64,000 nucleotides of DNA from Chiloscyllium plagiosum. Taxonomy: Eukaryota. The stretch lies in assembly GCF_004010195.1 (NCBI RefSeq), contig NC_057751.1, positions 12,257,508-12,321,507 of the forward strand. Reading direction: 5' to 3'. The translations under genes and the position numbers were made by a program. The notes beneath the pieces are model-generated. The model saw only the letters and a program-made list of their open reading frames with translations. It had not been told where the DNA came from and ran no database searches. Of the stretch, positions 1 through 14,267 are shown piece after piece (within the stretch, counting starts at the first letter, position 1; every line of letters begins with the position of its first letter).

Positions 1-3000
1 ATAGCTGAAGGCTGAACATCACACTGTTGCGGAGAGAAACAGCAAACTATAAGCCATAGAGAATTGTGTCACATTGCTAAGAAGACTAACAATTTGCAGA
101 GTACATGCTGTGGTTCCACCGATGCCCTGCATAACTCTTCCAAAATTTATTATTACTTTCAAACCCCAACAGGATAAAAGCTAATATACATTCTGGCTTG
201 TTATTTCCTTGCTGTATTTACACATGATGTTATGATCCCTGCAGAGAGAAAAGACTAATGAATGCATCAAATGATTATCAAGAAAACCAGTGAACTAAAA
301 CTTCCCTTTATTTGGCTTTTACTCAAAAAATCAATTGTAAGTCAACGGACAAATTGCGGTTTCATATCAACCATAAATTATACGTTAGATCGCAGACACA
401 ATAAAGTCAAAAGTCAACGATTTACTTTCGAGTCCACTCAACATGCATGGCAATGACTTCAAAGCTCTGAATTCTCTCCAGTAGAATTTATGCATTTTTT
501 TTTGAGGGCTTAGACTGATTCCCTATTGACAACAGCCAAACAACCCCAGTTCGCAGATACGGTCTTCACCAAAATGCTGTATGCAAGCAAAAGCTCAATT
601 CTGCTTTGAACATGTCGATGGTGTGAATTAAATAATCTTATCACCCAACAAACTGAAACAACTGCACCAACTGTATATTTGCCTTTACTCAGATCTGGGA
701 TTCAGTTTGTACTGCACCATTCAGATCTGAGTTTCAAAGGCTCTGTGTTTTCTTTATCTGCATTAAACTCATGTCAGGCTCCTCTGAAACTTTAAATTTC
801 TCTTGCCATTCCGGTTTTAGTTTACCTAGACACCAGAAAGTTTGGATTCATTTCACTTAGCCTAAGTTTCTGTTTCAGTTCCAATTCAAATCTGTCAGAA
901 AAAACTATAAACTTTGAAATTATGTATTCCATCATTATGAACTTTGTATGTTTCTAGGAAATGTTGTAAGATCAAAATTATATTAGGTTTTGAACGGAAT
1001 TATTTCACCATGTTGTACGTGATGTAATATTCATCTAGCTGACACCGTTATGTTCCCTTGACTTTAATCACTACTGTCCTCTTTGCATTTTGTAAACTAA
1101 AATAGCATCAATTCTACTGAGTAAGAAAAATAGTAGCCACAGTTCTGCTTTAAGTTGTTCTTTAATTGATGTGTTCAAGTTGTTAATATTCCTAAGAATA
1201 ATTAAATCCAGAACTTTGAGAATCAGAGATAAAAAGAAATCACTTGGCCCATCAAAGCAGATCTCTTTCATGCATTAACTCTCCCACCATGGGATCTAAT
1301 TATGCTTGAGTGAACTCCAAATTCTTCGTTTGCCTTGTTTGTAAATTATTTCACACATCTATCACAGATTCCTCTGTTACTAAAAACCACTTTATTTCAC
1401 CACAGTAACAACTGTATCTGTATCTCTGTTGCTCTCCCTTTCTGGCACCAATATCCTTATTTCTGTTTGTATGATTTAGAGGCCTGACTTCTCCAACAGT
1501 AACCTAGCTAGCCAAAAAAGGTAATTTTTCCTGAAGTAATTGTTCCACATTAATTATTCACTGAATTCTACTGATGTCTCTTGGTCCTATTTCCTTGCTT
1601 TACTTTGCCGAAATAATCTGGATTTAATTTATCTCTAGCGTTTAATATTTTGCATGCTCAAAGTGAAATCTGTGAAAAATATTTAGCATGTTGCTTTAAT
1701 TTGCTTCACTTTTCTTAACATTTTTATTCCAATAGAGTTAGGTTACTCCAGTATTTCTAAGAGACGTTAGGTAATTATAAACAGACTCAAGAACCACTCT
1801 TATAAATGCTCTTGCAAAAAATAATATATTCTGAACAAATTTCCATTGTCTCCAAGACTAGCAAGCTACGTTGTCCTGAAACATGGCATTTTGGTGCCTG
1901 TGAAATGATGGCTGGTAGGTTTTAAAATAACAGATTGGTTTAGATATATGGTTGATCATTGATGCTTGAAATGAAGCAACTGATCTGCTGATCCACTGTT
2001 AAATTTTTGCTGACAAATCAGTCAGTTAACCAATGTTGGTCGTTAACCGACAAGAGAACTCTGTACAGCAGTACAGTACAGCCTGATGTCCTTGGCAAAG
2101 GGGCCCTTTTAAATTATAAATTGATTCTAGCATCAAATGATATTAAAACAGCTCATTAAAGACATTACAATAGTATGATGACTGAAGTCAGATCTATTAG
2201 GACTGCTAAAGGATTCCATTTGCATCTGGTGCCCATTTAATACTTTGTTAAAAATGATGGTTTTATAACGTACAATGCACGTGCATTTGCAGTGAGCTTT
2301 ACATTTGCCAGGCAAAAGAGAATCTGGAGACAGTGAGTGCACTGGCTTCCAGATGAACAGGTAGCTCAAAAACCTATGGATTTTCCTTCAAGGTCATTCT
2401 AGAAAACTGTTACCTTTCTCAAAGATACCAGCTGTATGCTGTTCATTACAGACCAATTGCTGGGGCGATAATAAATGTGATGCAGGGAAAGAAAATTACA
2501 TTTTCCTGTTCTGCTCAGTGAAAACGTGCCTGTTTGTAATTTGAAATTCGAACACAGGGGTGGCCCAAAGATCATGAGGCAGGACCCTTTGTTTTACTCC
2601 CTTATTGGGACCATTGCATTCTTTACAATCCAAGGTAATTGTTTAAAAATATTTTTGAGCATTGTGGATCTAAAGTTTTCGCTTGATCATTTTCCACATC
2701 AGTGTCCTTTGCTTTGAGATATTTTATTGACACCACTCGAGTTTTAAAATTAAAAGTTTGGCGCTTTTTGTGCATATTATCTGATTTAATGTTTTAATTC
2801 TGAGCAATGTCACTGTCTGCTGTACTAATACCCAAACAAATTAGGTTTGCATGAATTCCTCAATTTAAATCAAAAGTAGCTTCAACCCACTTATTCTAAG
2901 CAGTATTAATGACACCATTGCAAACAATTAATGGAAGAATTTGATAGGAACTCATTATAAACAGCATAGAATACTGCAATATCTGTTTTTGCTTTGCAAT

Positions 3001-3786
3001 TTTTTCCAAATTAAGTCACATGGCTTAAGGTTATCCCAATTTAAAACCATGAAAGCCAACATTTAATGTATCCTTTGTTGATATTATTTCTTGTTTTCCA
3101 CTGGAGTATGCGTCATGACTTTGTTCCCATTGGAAACATCAATAACCTGCCAAAGTTAAAGGTGAAAGGAATCTCTACATGCAATGCAGATCAGTCATCT
3201 GAGAAAACAATATGCTGTGTGATAAATGCAAGAAGCATAAACAGATCTTTGCTTACTGAAGGTTTTTTGTGAGAATGGATGTAGAGAACATGCAATGACT
3301 TACCTGGGAGTCTATAATCTGGACACATAAATATAAGGGAGTCACATACAGGTCAAAGAAATATCAAGAGCCAAATTTTGTTTCCCCTCAGTGAAACTTA
3401 TTGTCATAGCGAATGAGTGAAGCAGACAGCACAGAGATATATCTGGCAAGGCTTGAAGCACGTACAAGGAGAAGGAAGTAAAAAATCTGGCGGCAGGTTG
3501 GGAGTGGTCATTGATGGGGCAGGTGATTTGTGAACATTATAAACATGAGCATCGATCTGTAGCTTTGAATGGCCAGTTTTTGTGATGCAGACTCTGTATA
3601 ATGCTAATCTGGTCTTGAATTTTTTACATGAAACATTTGTAGAATGAAATTATTTCAACACTCAGTGACCAGAGGTTGTTACAACTCACTCAGAGACTTC
3701 AAGTTACTGTAGCAAAATGCATGTTGTCATGTGGAGCTATGGATGTTGAAGGGAGAGGATCCAACTTTTGTTCCATCATGTGGTTG

Positions 3787-4236
3787 TCCAGGAGTTCGAG
3801 TTACAAAGGGGGGCTGGATTAGGCTTGGACTTTTTTTCACTGGAGCGAAGGAGATTGAAAGGTGACTTTATAGAGGTTTATAAAATAATGAGGGGCATCG
3901 ATAAGGTGAATGGCAATGTCTTTTCCCTAGGGTGGGGGATTTCAAGACAAGGGAGCATATTTTTAAGGTGAGAAGAGAATTTTTTTTTAAAAAATGAAGG
4001 GTAATATCTTTTTTACACAGAGTGGTTCCTGTGAGAAATGAACTTCCAGAGGAAGTGGTGGATGTGGGTACAGTTTCAGTGTTTAAAGAACACTTAGATA
4101 AGTACATGAATAAGAAATGTTTGGAGGGATATGTGCCAAGTGTAAGCAGGTGGGACTAGTATAGTTTGTGATTAGGGTCAGCATGGACTAGTTGGACTGA
4201 AGGGTCTTCTTCCGTGTTGTATAGCTTTAGGACTCT
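3787..4236 (+). mobile_element. CR1 LINE 3' fragment
   Basis: ORF2 C-terminus FSLERRRLKGDFIEVYKIMRGIDKV plus CR1-type 3' UTR. Confidence 0.92.
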
Positions 4237-4536
4237 GTAGCAGTGCATATTTCTGAACTACAATTTGTTTGCAATAAACAGTTATATTAGTGTCCAATGC
4301 AGAATCCTGGTGAACATCTTCTTTTAATTTGTCAGTCAAATAAGTTGCGGACTATGGGCAGGTTGACAAAATTTTTCATATTAGTGACGACTCTGGGAAT
4401 AGTGGGGCTAGATTTCCAGGGCTCTATCTCACTATGTCATGACAATGGAATGTGGACAACATTGAGAAAACCAGCATTTATTGGCCTTTCCTAAATGCTT
4501 TTGAGAAGCTGGTGTTGAGCTGCCTTCTTGAGCTGC

Positions 4537-5274
4537 GTTAAAAATCACACAACACCAGGTTATAGTCCAACAGGTTTATTTGGAAGTACAAGCTTTCGGA
4601 GTGCTGCTCCTTCATCAGGTAGCTCATGGGGCAGGATCATAGGACACAGAATTTATAGTAAAAGACCAAAGTGTCATACAACTGATACAATGTACTGAAC
4701 AAACTTAGATTGCTGTTAAGTCTTTAGTCACTTAGAATGTATTTTGTTCATTCTATTTTGTTCAAATTTGCAGATTTGTATTTGGAGATACATTCTATTT
4801 CATTCAAAAAGCATACAATCTGCAGAGAGTCAGTCCATGTGACATTTTATCAATTCCTACTTTGGAAATAGAACAGGTCTGTCTCAAGGTTGGAATACAG
4901 ACAGACTCTAACCTCACACCTTTAATGTGCTGTCTGAACTGAGATGTCACCTATTTTTTTGAAACCTTAACTTATCTTGGGAATGTGACTCAAAAGAAGT
5001 TCTGGGATTTACATATTAATGAATTGAAACCTACAACCCATTCTGAGTAAAGACTTAACAGCAATCTAGATTTGTTCAATACATCGCATCAGTTGTATGA
5101 CACTTTGATCTTTTACTATAATTCTGTGTCCTATAATCCTGCCCCACTAGCTACCTGACAAAGGAGCAGCGCTCTGGAAGCTTGTACTTCCAAATAAACT
5201 TGTTGGACTATCATCTGGTGTTATGTGATTTTTATCTTTGTCCACCCTCGTCCAGCACCGGTACCTCCACGTCA
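4537..5274. mobile_element. Penelope-like non-autonomous insertion (family B) with ~200-bp inverted arms
   Basis: Arms at about 4538-4739 and 5039-5234 are reverse complements; each has a hammerhead-like core. Degenerate TSD TTCTTGAGCTGC/TTCTTGCACTGC. Interrupts a LINE 3' fragment. Confidence 0.8.
4587..4621 (-). ncRNA. Minimal hammerhead ribozyme motif (Penelope-associated)
   Basis: Minus strand reads TAC-CTGATGA-A-GGAG-CAGCA-CTCC-GAAA-GC-TT-GTA: complete core, stem II, palindromic AGCT stem III, short stem I. Confidence 0.65.
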
Positions 5275-5670
5275 TTCTTGCACTGCTGCAGTCCATCTTG
5301 TGCAGGTCGACCCAGAATGCTGTTTAGGAGGAAGTACCAGAATTTTGACCTCGCAATGCTGAAGGAACAGTGATGCATTTCCATGTCAGGATGGTGTCTG
5401 GCTTGGAAAGGAACTTGCAGTTGGTGTGCTCCAATCTACCCGTTGGTCCATGTCCTTTCAAGTGTTGGAGTTCATGGGTTTGAATGGTGCTCCCAAAAAG
5501 GGTTGCTGCAGTGCATCTTGTCAATGGTGGTGTGTGAGTGATAAAAAAGGTGGTGAATAGGCTGCCATTCATGTAGGTTACATTGATTGGAATGATATGG
5601 AGCTTCCTGAGAGTTGTCACATCTCCACTCATCCAGGCAGGTGGAGAGTATTCCATCAAACCCTTGACTT
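5275..5670 (-). mobile_element. LINE 3' fragment (clade uncertain); also starts at about 4470 before the Penelope-like insertion
   Basis: MEYSPPAWMS...TTLRKL ORF2-like C-terminus; same family as 50885-51540 and shorter copies near 13.3-13.5, 18.0-18.3 and 26.2-26.5 kb. Confidence 0.75.
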
Positions 5671-7622
5671 ATGTTTCCTGATTGAGATTTCAGCAATTCA
5701 AATATTCCCCTTTTCAACCTCCTGAGGTTGAATGGCATTGTAGGAACACAAATCCCATCACTAAATGTGTCCTCAAATCGTTAGCTACTGACTAAGACAT
5801 TGTGCATCAGGTTTAATTTTTATCAACACCTTGAGTGGAGCACTTTCTTTGAACTCAATGCGAGATTGCAAGTGTGGACCCCTTTTTGTGAGGCAAATTG
5901 CAATGTGGAATACATCAGCAGTGACAATTTGAGACAAATCACATACTGCCTCCATGTCCCGATTGCTGGGCTGTTAATGTTGAAATGACAGTCTGCGCAT
6001 TTAACTTACCGAGTGGCACACTGGCAGCATCACTAGCCCTGGGCTATAAAATCCCGGTTCAAGTCCCATCTGAGGGTGTGGTGGCCATGGAAGTGTGTCA
6101 GAACATGTTGAGGCAACTGACTGAAAACAAATTATTAGAAGGCTTGGGTTCAACTCACATTTGCTCTAGAGGAATGCTTCTGGGCAAGAAACTCCAAGTT
6201 CAAAGGCCATACCAAATGGCCTTATAACAAGTTGATTAAAATTCTTACTCATGGATACTTTCCCAGGAAATTGAAGGGCCAATATAAAAACTTGTCACAT
6301 TTATATGAGTGCGGTTAGCTGTAACAGTCCTTGTCTCTGAGTTAACCTTGCACCTGGCAAAAAGCTTTTATTTGCACTTGGGGCTATTTTCAGAAAGTTC
6401 ACGCAATTCATGCAATTTATTGTACTCGTTCCTTTTAATGTTAGACTCTCAAAGCAAAAGGTCACCTGCGTTCCATCAACTGAACATTGGTGAGGCCAAA
6501 TGTATTCCCCATTGGCAGAACGATGCATTGACCTCTGGTTGAAAGTGTGCAACTTTTGCACCTTCAGGGAGATTCTCACTCTCCACTGACAAGTCACACA
6601 AGACGGATTTTCACTCCAAATACTGAGAATCCTCTTAACCAGGGAAATTAGTTTCCTTTTTATAAGTTGTAAATCTGACACTTGACTGCATCACTGCAGT
6701 TTAAGTCACCGAGGATGACAGGATTATGAGACAATGGAATACATCTTAGGGATGCAAAAAAATAGTAAAACACAACATCAAAATTCCAACACAAAAGAAT
6801 CATTATTGAAAGAGCTAAGAAGCCATGCATTCTGTGGGTAAGACAATTGTGAAATCACACTATGCCAAGTCACAAGCCTATCTTTATCAGCATCAATCCT
6901 GGCTACTGAATACTATTTTCAATATCTGCTGACAGAGCTTGGAACAAAAGAGACTGCAATTACAGATTTCAGCCCAGTCCCTTAAAATAAAAGCATAGCT
7001 CAGTCAGTGGTGATTAAATTGCAGTTGCTGTTGATCACATTTGAGTTGCTTATGAATTAACAAATCCAAGAAAAAGATACAGGAGCTGAACATTGACGAC
7101 AATATTTTTTCGGGTAACTTTGATGAGAATGGCCAGAAGACATTAATTGTGCTGAATTTTTTAAATGCCTGATCAAGATCTGAAGCTAGTGCTACGTAGG
7201 ATTGGAAAAAATATCTGGACAGGAACACATTACTGGACCTATCCATTTCACAGTAATAAGCAGAGAGAACTGCATAATTCGATTCTCTCACTTCTGAATT
7301 AGTTCTTTATGTCCTCTATTCATTGTCTCTTCATGCCTATGACTCCATTCATTATCCACAACTGGAAATGATGAGATATAATGTCCCACGCAACAAAGCG
7401 ATACGATTGTGGGTGAAATGATATAGTTAGTTTCTTCAATCTGCATTGCTCAGCTCTGTGCAGAGCATAGGCTGATGAAAAATGCCCAATTCCATTGTCA
7501 ACCTTGATTCTGGTGTGTTTTCTGGCCTACTATACACTATGATTTCTGTGCAATCTGTCAAGCACTCCATGTGAATGTGATGAGAATGAAGAAATTGGGC
7601 TGCAAGCCTTCTGGGAAGGACA

Positions 7623-8215
7623 CAGAACCACAGAATCATAGAATAGCTATTGCACAGAAGAAAGCCATTTGAACCATCGTGCCATGCTGTCTCTGCGGTG
7701 GAGCAATGTACCTCATGCCTCTCCGCCATCTTTTTTTCCTTAAATCCTGACAATCTTTTCACTTTGTATAATTATTCAATGTACTTTCAAAGGCCTTGAT
7801 GATACATGCCTCTGCCAGACTCTTCAGTAGAACATTCCAGATCCCAACTATTTGCTGCACAAAGAAATGTTTCTCCTGATGTCATCATCGCTTCTTTGAC
7901 CAATCACCTATCATCTGTATCCAGTGGTCCTCAACCCTTCCACCAGAGGGAATACTTCCTCCTTATTCACTCATCTAGATCTCTCCAGGATTATGAAAAT
8001 ATCATCAAATCTTCTCTCATGTTTCCTTCTCCAAATAGGTCAATTTCCACTCTCTAATCTATCCCTGTTGCTAAAGTTCCTCAGGCCCACTCTCATAAGT
8101 TTTTTCTGCACTCTCTCTCTCCTAGGTGTAGTGCCCAGAAATGGACGCAATACGTTTTTGCAGAAAACATCCTGACTTTTGTACTCTTTATCCTATTTAT
8201 CAAACCCAGTAGTCC
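7623..8215 (-). mobile_element. Decayed CR1-like LINE 3' fragment
   Basis: CACAGAACCACAGAATCATAGAA tail repeats followed by decayed ORF2-like sequence. Confidence 0.65.
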
Positions 8216-8669
8216 TTATTCATAATAAAATCTAAAGAACTGCAGATGCTGGAACTTGCAGATGTGGAGCTTTTCCAGCAATTTCTATTTTTGTCAGCCT
8301 TGATTCATGCTTAATTAACAAGTTTCTCAATTTGTTCTGCTACTGTCAATGACTTGTGCACATATTCACTGAGGTCCTGATGCAGTGCTGGTGGCCCTAC
8401 CTCGAGGTCAGAAGGACTGGATTCAATTGTTACCAGTCCCCAAGATATGTCCATCATAAATGTCTGAACACGGTGGGGTTTCTTTTGAAAACTCTACTGG
8501 CCTTCTTTCTTGCACCATCTTTAGAATTGCATCCTTCATTTTACATTATCCCTCCTCATTTTCCCAACCAAATTAAGACACTTCAAGCTTCTTTGCATTA
8601 AATTCCAATCTCCCACTTATCTGTCTGTATTAGCAGCCTTCCAAAATTATGAATATGCATCTCCTTGTT

Positions 8670-8852
8670 AAAAATCACACAACACCAGGTTATAGTCCAA
8701 CAGGTTTAATTGGAAGCACACTAGCTTTCGGAGCGACGCTCCTTCATCACCTGAAGCTAGTGTGCTTCCAATTAAACCTGTTGGACTATAACCTGGTGTT
8801 GTGTGATTTTTAACTTTGTACACCCCAGTCCAACACCAGCATCTCCAAATCA
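8670..8852. mobile_element. Penelope-like fold-back insertion (family B) with 12-bp TSD
   Basis: ~60-bp perfect inverted arms (GTTAAAAATCACACAACACCAGG...CTAGCTT); TSD CATCTCCTTGTT at 8658-8669 and 8853-8864. Confidence 0.85.
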
Positions 8853-8952
8853 CATCTCCTTGTTGACATTACTTCCAAGTTATCTGCAACATGTGAAATT
8901 GTACCCTGTACACCAAGTTACAGGCCATCAATATAGACAAAGATGTCTGACC

Positions 8953-9061
8953 ACTGGAGATGAAAAATGTGTTGCTGGAAAAGCGCAGCAGGTCAGACAG
9001 CATCAAAGGAGCAGGAGAATCGACGTTTTGGGCATAAGCCCTTCTTCAGGAGATCTCCAGT
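8953..9061 (-). mobile_element. Penelope-like family A fragment
   Basis: GCTGGAAAAGCGCAGCAGGTCAGACAGCATC...CATAAGCCCTTCTTCAGG; the hammerhead GAAA is mutated. Confidence 0.8.
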
Positions 9062-9084
9062 TTACATTTTCCACCTGTTTATAA

Positions 9085-9560
9085 AGCAATTGTTCACCAC
9101 AAATCACCATCCCGGAAGCTCAGTCAATTAGTAGATTTGTCACTTATGTCAACTTCAATCCCATGGCCTTAACTTTACTGACAGTTTGTTACATGACTCT
9201 TTATCAAGTAACAACTGAAATCCATGTACAACTGGAGTGCACTCATCGGTCCTCTTTGTTATGTCATTAAGAAACTCAGACTGATTGGTTAAATATGATT
9301 TGCCCTTGACAAATCGATGTTGGATTTCTTCAATTATCCCACATTTGTCCAAGTGATTGATAACTTGGTCTTGAATTATTATTTCAAAAATGTTGCCCAC
9401 TTCCAAGATTACACTGGCATGTAAATGCACAGCTTACCACTGAACCTATTTTTGAATCAAGTTGTAACATTTGCAATTCTCAAATGCCCTGATATCACTC
9501 CTGCATTTGAGAAGGATTGAAAAATTATGACCAATGCATCTCATCTGGTTCCAGAGGATT
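9085..9560 (-). mobile_element. CR1 reverse-transcriptase fragment
   Basis: EIIIQDQVINHLDKCGIIEEIQHRFVKGKSYLTNQSEF resembles the CR1 RT motif QHGF.KGKSCLTNLIEF. Confidence 0.85.
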
Positions 9561-10474
9561 ATCGATATAAGCGTTGCCAGCTTCTTCAATAGATCTTTTT
9601 TCTCTATGTTCAGGTCTCAGTGGCCTCCTCTGTTATGATGAATTGGGGCAGTATCTTTTTCCTTTGCATATACAGGTGCAAAATAATTACTTGCAGCCTT
9701 TGTGCACAAATGTTCTTTTTTGATTAAAGTTCTGCAACTGGTCTGGCATCATATTCCATCTGTGGAAAAGAGGCCCAATTGTCTGTCACCTTTTAGATGA
9801 AGAGTTGTTTTCTAATTTCACTCCTGAAATGTCAGGCTCTAATTTCTAACTTACATTCCAACATTCTTTGCTCTCCAAAAGGACAAATAGTTTCGCCAAC
9901 AGAATCACACAAAACAGGAGATCGTTCAGCCCAACATGCCTGAGCCAGCTCCCTTATCAAGTCTGGCTGCACTATATGGTGCTGATCTCTTGCCTTTTCC
10001 CCACAACTCTGTACATCACTATTTTACAGAAAAACCATCAATGCCCTCTTGAATGGCTCGACTGAACCTGCCTCCACATCTACAGTGTCACTTTTATATT
10101 CATTCTTGGAATGTAAGCATCCAAAACAAGACCAGCATTTATTGTCTAATGACAACTGCCATAAAGAATTCCTCCTTGACCGTCCAACCAAGTAAATTCC
10201 AGGAGTTTGTTTGACCAGAGAATACCCATTGCAGCCCATGTATTGACTAAATTTCGAAATTGACTTTAGGTTTACCAACTGGATCTGTATGAATGGATAT
10301 TCTTTAAGAAACTTTGTAGGCACATGTGTTTGGAGCTTGGCTTTGGGAGATAGAACAGACTTTTTGAACATAACTGACCCCATTTGTTCTTCCACTAGCT
10401 TTGAAGTTTCTGTTATATTTCTGGGAACAAGAATGTTCTGAAAATATTGTAAAATGAATCAAAAAATTTTGTCC

Positions 10475-10810
10475 TTAGCATTGCTGCCTCACAGCACCAA
10501 GGACGCAGGTTTGATTCCACTCTCTGGCAACTGTCTGTGTGGAGTTTGCACATTCTCCCCGTGTCTGCGTAGGTTTCCTCCGGGTGCTCCAGTTTCCTCC
10601 CACAATCCAAAGATGTGCAGGTTAGGCGAATTGGCCGTAGTTGCTAAATTGCCCATAGTTTTCAGGAATGTGTAGGTTAGGTGCATTAGTTGGGGATAAA
10701 TGTAGAGTAATTATGTAGGGACTGAGTCTGGGTGGGTTACTCTTCGGAGGATCAGTGTGGACTTGTTGGATCAAATGGCTTGTTTCCACACTGTAGCGAT
10801 TCTATGATTC
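10475..10810 (+). mobile_element. HE1-type V-SINE (tRNA-derived head, CR1-like tail)
   Basis: TTAGCATTGCTGCCTCACAGCACC head, V-domain GTGTGGAGTTTGCACATTCTCCCCGTGTCTGCG, tail ...CACACTGTAGCGATTCTATGATTC. Confidence 0.9.
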
Positions 10811-11950
10811 ATGGGATGTGAGCATCGCTGACAAGGCCAGCATTTATTGCCCATCCCACACTGTCCTTGAGGACGTAATGATGAAACACTTTCTCAAACA
10901 GTTGCTCTGTCAATGTAATCAAATTGACAGCCGTGTTCACTATTGCTAACTTTGAGGATTAACTTTTATCCTGAGGTTCATACTGATAGAGAGAAATGCA
11001 CCAAGATTTTATGCAAGATTTGCTGAACATCTTTGTTTGCTCACCGATTGTGTTACAAATATTTTGTCATCTGTACATTAAGATGGGAAGGTTTGATTCC
11101 AATTGGAAGCTAATTATTGTTGAACTGGTAGCATGAAATCAGCACACATTGGTAGAATTCTGTGCTTTCCTCTTGTTTAATCTTTGGCATGGACTAGAAT
11201 TGTGTTATTTAATGGTTTAGTTGGTCTTTGGTTTCAGAGGTCTCAGAAACAACATCCAGACAATTATAGTTAATCATAGACTGCTGACTGAGTCACATAC
11301 TAGTCGCAGTTATTTGCGTACTTCACACCACAGGTCATTTTTTTCCTCTCCTGAAATAATTTCTGACACCTATTAAGAAAGAAACGGTGTCCAATAAACA
11401 TGCATTCGATGATCAAGTGCAAGAAGGAGCCTAAAAAGGCCACGTCTTTGGTCACGTGATCACATACGTCCTAAGATTCTGAATCAAAAGCTATGAAAAT
11501 CATCGTTTATACGATGTGCACTTTGCAAACATCATTAAACCATCCCACAAGGCAAAGAAATGGTCTTGGTGGAAATGTTAGTTCATGCTCAAAAAAGGAA
11601 CACGCAGTTGGCGGGGGTAGGGGTGGAATTGCTGAAGTAACAATACAATTTCATTCCTGATGACATGGCCATACAAATGTTTAAACCTGAACTTCAAAGT
11701 GAATGATCCAAGCATGAATTCCAAAAGACTGCAATGCAGTAGTATGTAAAACCTCTTGCAGGCCAGTTAAGTGAGCATGTTGCATGTTCTGAGTGGAATT
11801 TTGCAAATAGCCCACAACAAGGACCTGAGCCCATCCCAAACTTCCTCTGTTCCTTTTTTCAGATAACCTTTTCAAATTGACGTCATCGATCTTTCGCCAA
11901 TTTGGCAAATATCTTTGTCTGCATTTTTGCCGCAAAGTTAAACTACTTAC

Positions 11951-12040
11951 GTTTTCAGATCTGAGCTTCTTTGCTGGACATCCTCCATCAATTGGGTGAA
12001 GCATGTAGTAAAGTCGAACCTTGCTGGCATGTTTTCGGCT
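11951..12040 (-). CDS. ZMAT4: ZMAT4 second coding exon ([30 protein letters not shown]), completing zinc finger 1
   Basis: Lies within ORF 11681..12094(-). 90 nt with acceptor ttttttccgcAG and donor AAC|GTAAGT, phase 0/0, compatible with the upstream exon. Nearly identical to recalled human [30 protein letters not shown]. Confidence 0.96.
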
Positions 12041-14141
12041 CTGCGGAAAAAAGTCACAAAGATTCACTTTAACCTCTAAAACAACACTTTGCAAAAATGA
12101 AATCCCTCCGGCACTCCTCCGTTCTATTTTCCAATTATAGAGTCGTAGAGATGTACAGCATGGAAACAGACTCTTCAGTCCAACTCATGCCTGCAGAGAG
12201 AGTCAATGGGGGGTCACCTAGCTTGTGTAAGCTTTATTAAACTTTAACTGTCTGTCGAAGTTGGTGTGTGTGAATTGCAACTCATGTGTGAAACCTTGGG
12301 AAAAGAACCTAACACCTTCAGCCTCCGCCACTCCAGAGAAAACAATCAGGGTTTTTCTAGTCTCTCCTTCGAGCTCATATCATCTAGTACAATCGGTAAA
12401 CCTCTTCTGCTCCCTCTCCAAGACCTCGCCATCTTTCCGGTAATGTGGCAACCAGAGTTGAATGCAGCCTAACCAAAGTCTTATAAAGCTATAATGTGAT
12501 ATCCTGACAGTAATAGATTTGCTGAAAATCATATACTTGATGATAGATGCAATTAAAAGATGGGCGTTTTGCACATAGTTTTATTTGTGATTTCTGCATT
12601 GGTTTACCTCTTTATGTCAGTTTACTTCATCGATCTATGAGCAGAATAGGGAGGCAGAATGATGTTCATTAAAGGCTTTTACAAAGATTTAACTTTATAA
12701 AATCGGTCACATTGGTGGCACACTCATCATGCTGAACACTCTCTGGACTATGACACTGCAATCTCCTTTGTTTTGATTCCGAGAATTTCAATGACTTGTT
12801 ACTCAATTAAAAACTCTGCAAAGGTTCTCCTGTGCTATTTCACTAAACTTGTTTCATTCTATCGACTGGATGATGCAATAATTTCCCAAAGCAGAAAAGG
12901 ATTTTGAGATAACAGGACTGGCTTGATCAACTGTATCTCTATGTGCCATGCTTACCGAAATCTGAAAACCATTTGTGAATCCATTGCAGTGACGGAAGAC
13001 CTACACTCTTTAGAGTGCAGAACAATGGACTTTATTGAAAATAACTATCGAGAGGATGGCAAGAGAGGTAATTTTATCTGGAACTCTACAGATCCAGGTT
13101 TCATGTGTTTTGACATCATTATAATTTTGATCTTTCTGCCCATGCTCAATAACTGCATGTCACGTAAAGGTACAATTCCCATGATTCTACATTACTGTTC
13201 ACTGGACTTTACATGATATATGAAGACATATTCATAAAATCATTATCGACAAGATGCTCTGCGGAAATTCATGAAGGCTCCTTATAAACCCACAACCCAT
13301 CCAGAAGAACAGTGCAGCAGAAGGTTGGGAACACCACTACCTGCAAGTTATCCCCAAGCCACATAATATCTCACTCTGGAGCTTTATTGGTGTTCCTTCA
13401 TTAGTGCTGGATTAAAAATCTGGAACTCATTCCCTCACAATCTCTGCAGAACATTGACGGCGATGGTTCATCACCAGTTTCTCCACAGCCATTAGTAATG
13501 AGCAATAAATGCTGGACCAACCAGTGAAGCTCATACCCCCTGAATGACTAAAAGAAAAATCCCTGCTCAGAGTTTGTTTGAGAATGCTACAAAGAATGAA
13601 GTATTTCACTTCTATTAAATCTGCTTTTATAAAATGTGCAATGAACATGGAAAATGCTGAAAATACTCTGCATCTGGCATCATCCACAAAAGGAGAATCA
13701 AGGTTAACATGCCAGTTTCATGACCTTTTGGCAGACTGGGAAAAAAATTGGAGCTCTAGCAGGTTTTCTGGTACAATAGAAGCAGGAAAAGACAGGAGAA
13801 GAGGGAAAAAGGGAAAATCTGTAATGATGGAAGACAGAAAAGATCAAAATACAAATGGGATGATGTTGCAAGACAAAAGGAGATGTTTGTTAGGTAAATC
13901 AGGAAAGAAATGTTGGGTTTAGATGTGTGAATGGCAATGGCAGGATCATCCCCAGGAGACAGCATTTGCAAAACCTGAAAACAACAGTTTATGACTTGGA
14001 ACTACTGAACTAAAATTTGAACTTCATCAGGACACTGTTAGAAGCCAAAGACAGAGAGTAGAGTTCAGACTTAGAATGACAGACAAATAAAAGGTCAGGG
14101 TTACGATAGGAGGATGGATGGAAAAGCTAACCAAACTGGTC

Positions 14142-14267
14142 GGATCCAAGATGGCAGCGACCCAGTAAGACTGAGTCTATAGTGCTCCTCCCAAGACTTG
14201 GGCACAGTGGGTCACCTACCCCCTAGTAAAAATGTTAAATTTCTAATAAAAATATCTATTAAAAAAA
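14142..14267 (+). mobile_element. 126-bp L1-like mini-retroposon (5' end joined to 3' end)
   Basis: Starts GGATCCAAGATGGCAGCG and ends AATAAAAATATCTATT plus an A-run; 13-bp TSD AACCAAACTGGTC at 14129-14141 and 14268-14280. Confidence 0.75.

Noticed and set aside
4537..8852. Inverted-repeat elements as DNA-transposon MITEs
   Set aside because: Arms are asymmetric and of variable length, one side carries an extra tail, TSD lengths vary and hammerhead cores are present, which fits Penelope-like retroelements better.
10475..10560. tRNA gene
   Set aside because: It is the tRNA-derived head of a V-SINE with no complete cloverleaf; the same applies to the heads near 40.0 and 55.9 kb.
1..11950. Next ZMAT4 exon (expected CCTLCNM...HYQGKIHAK)
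   Set aside because: Not found by eye; presumably beyond the left edge of the window.
11681..12094. Whole 137-aa ORF as a protein
   Set aside because: Only 11951-12040 is bounded by splice sites and matches ZMAT4; the rest is intronic read-through.
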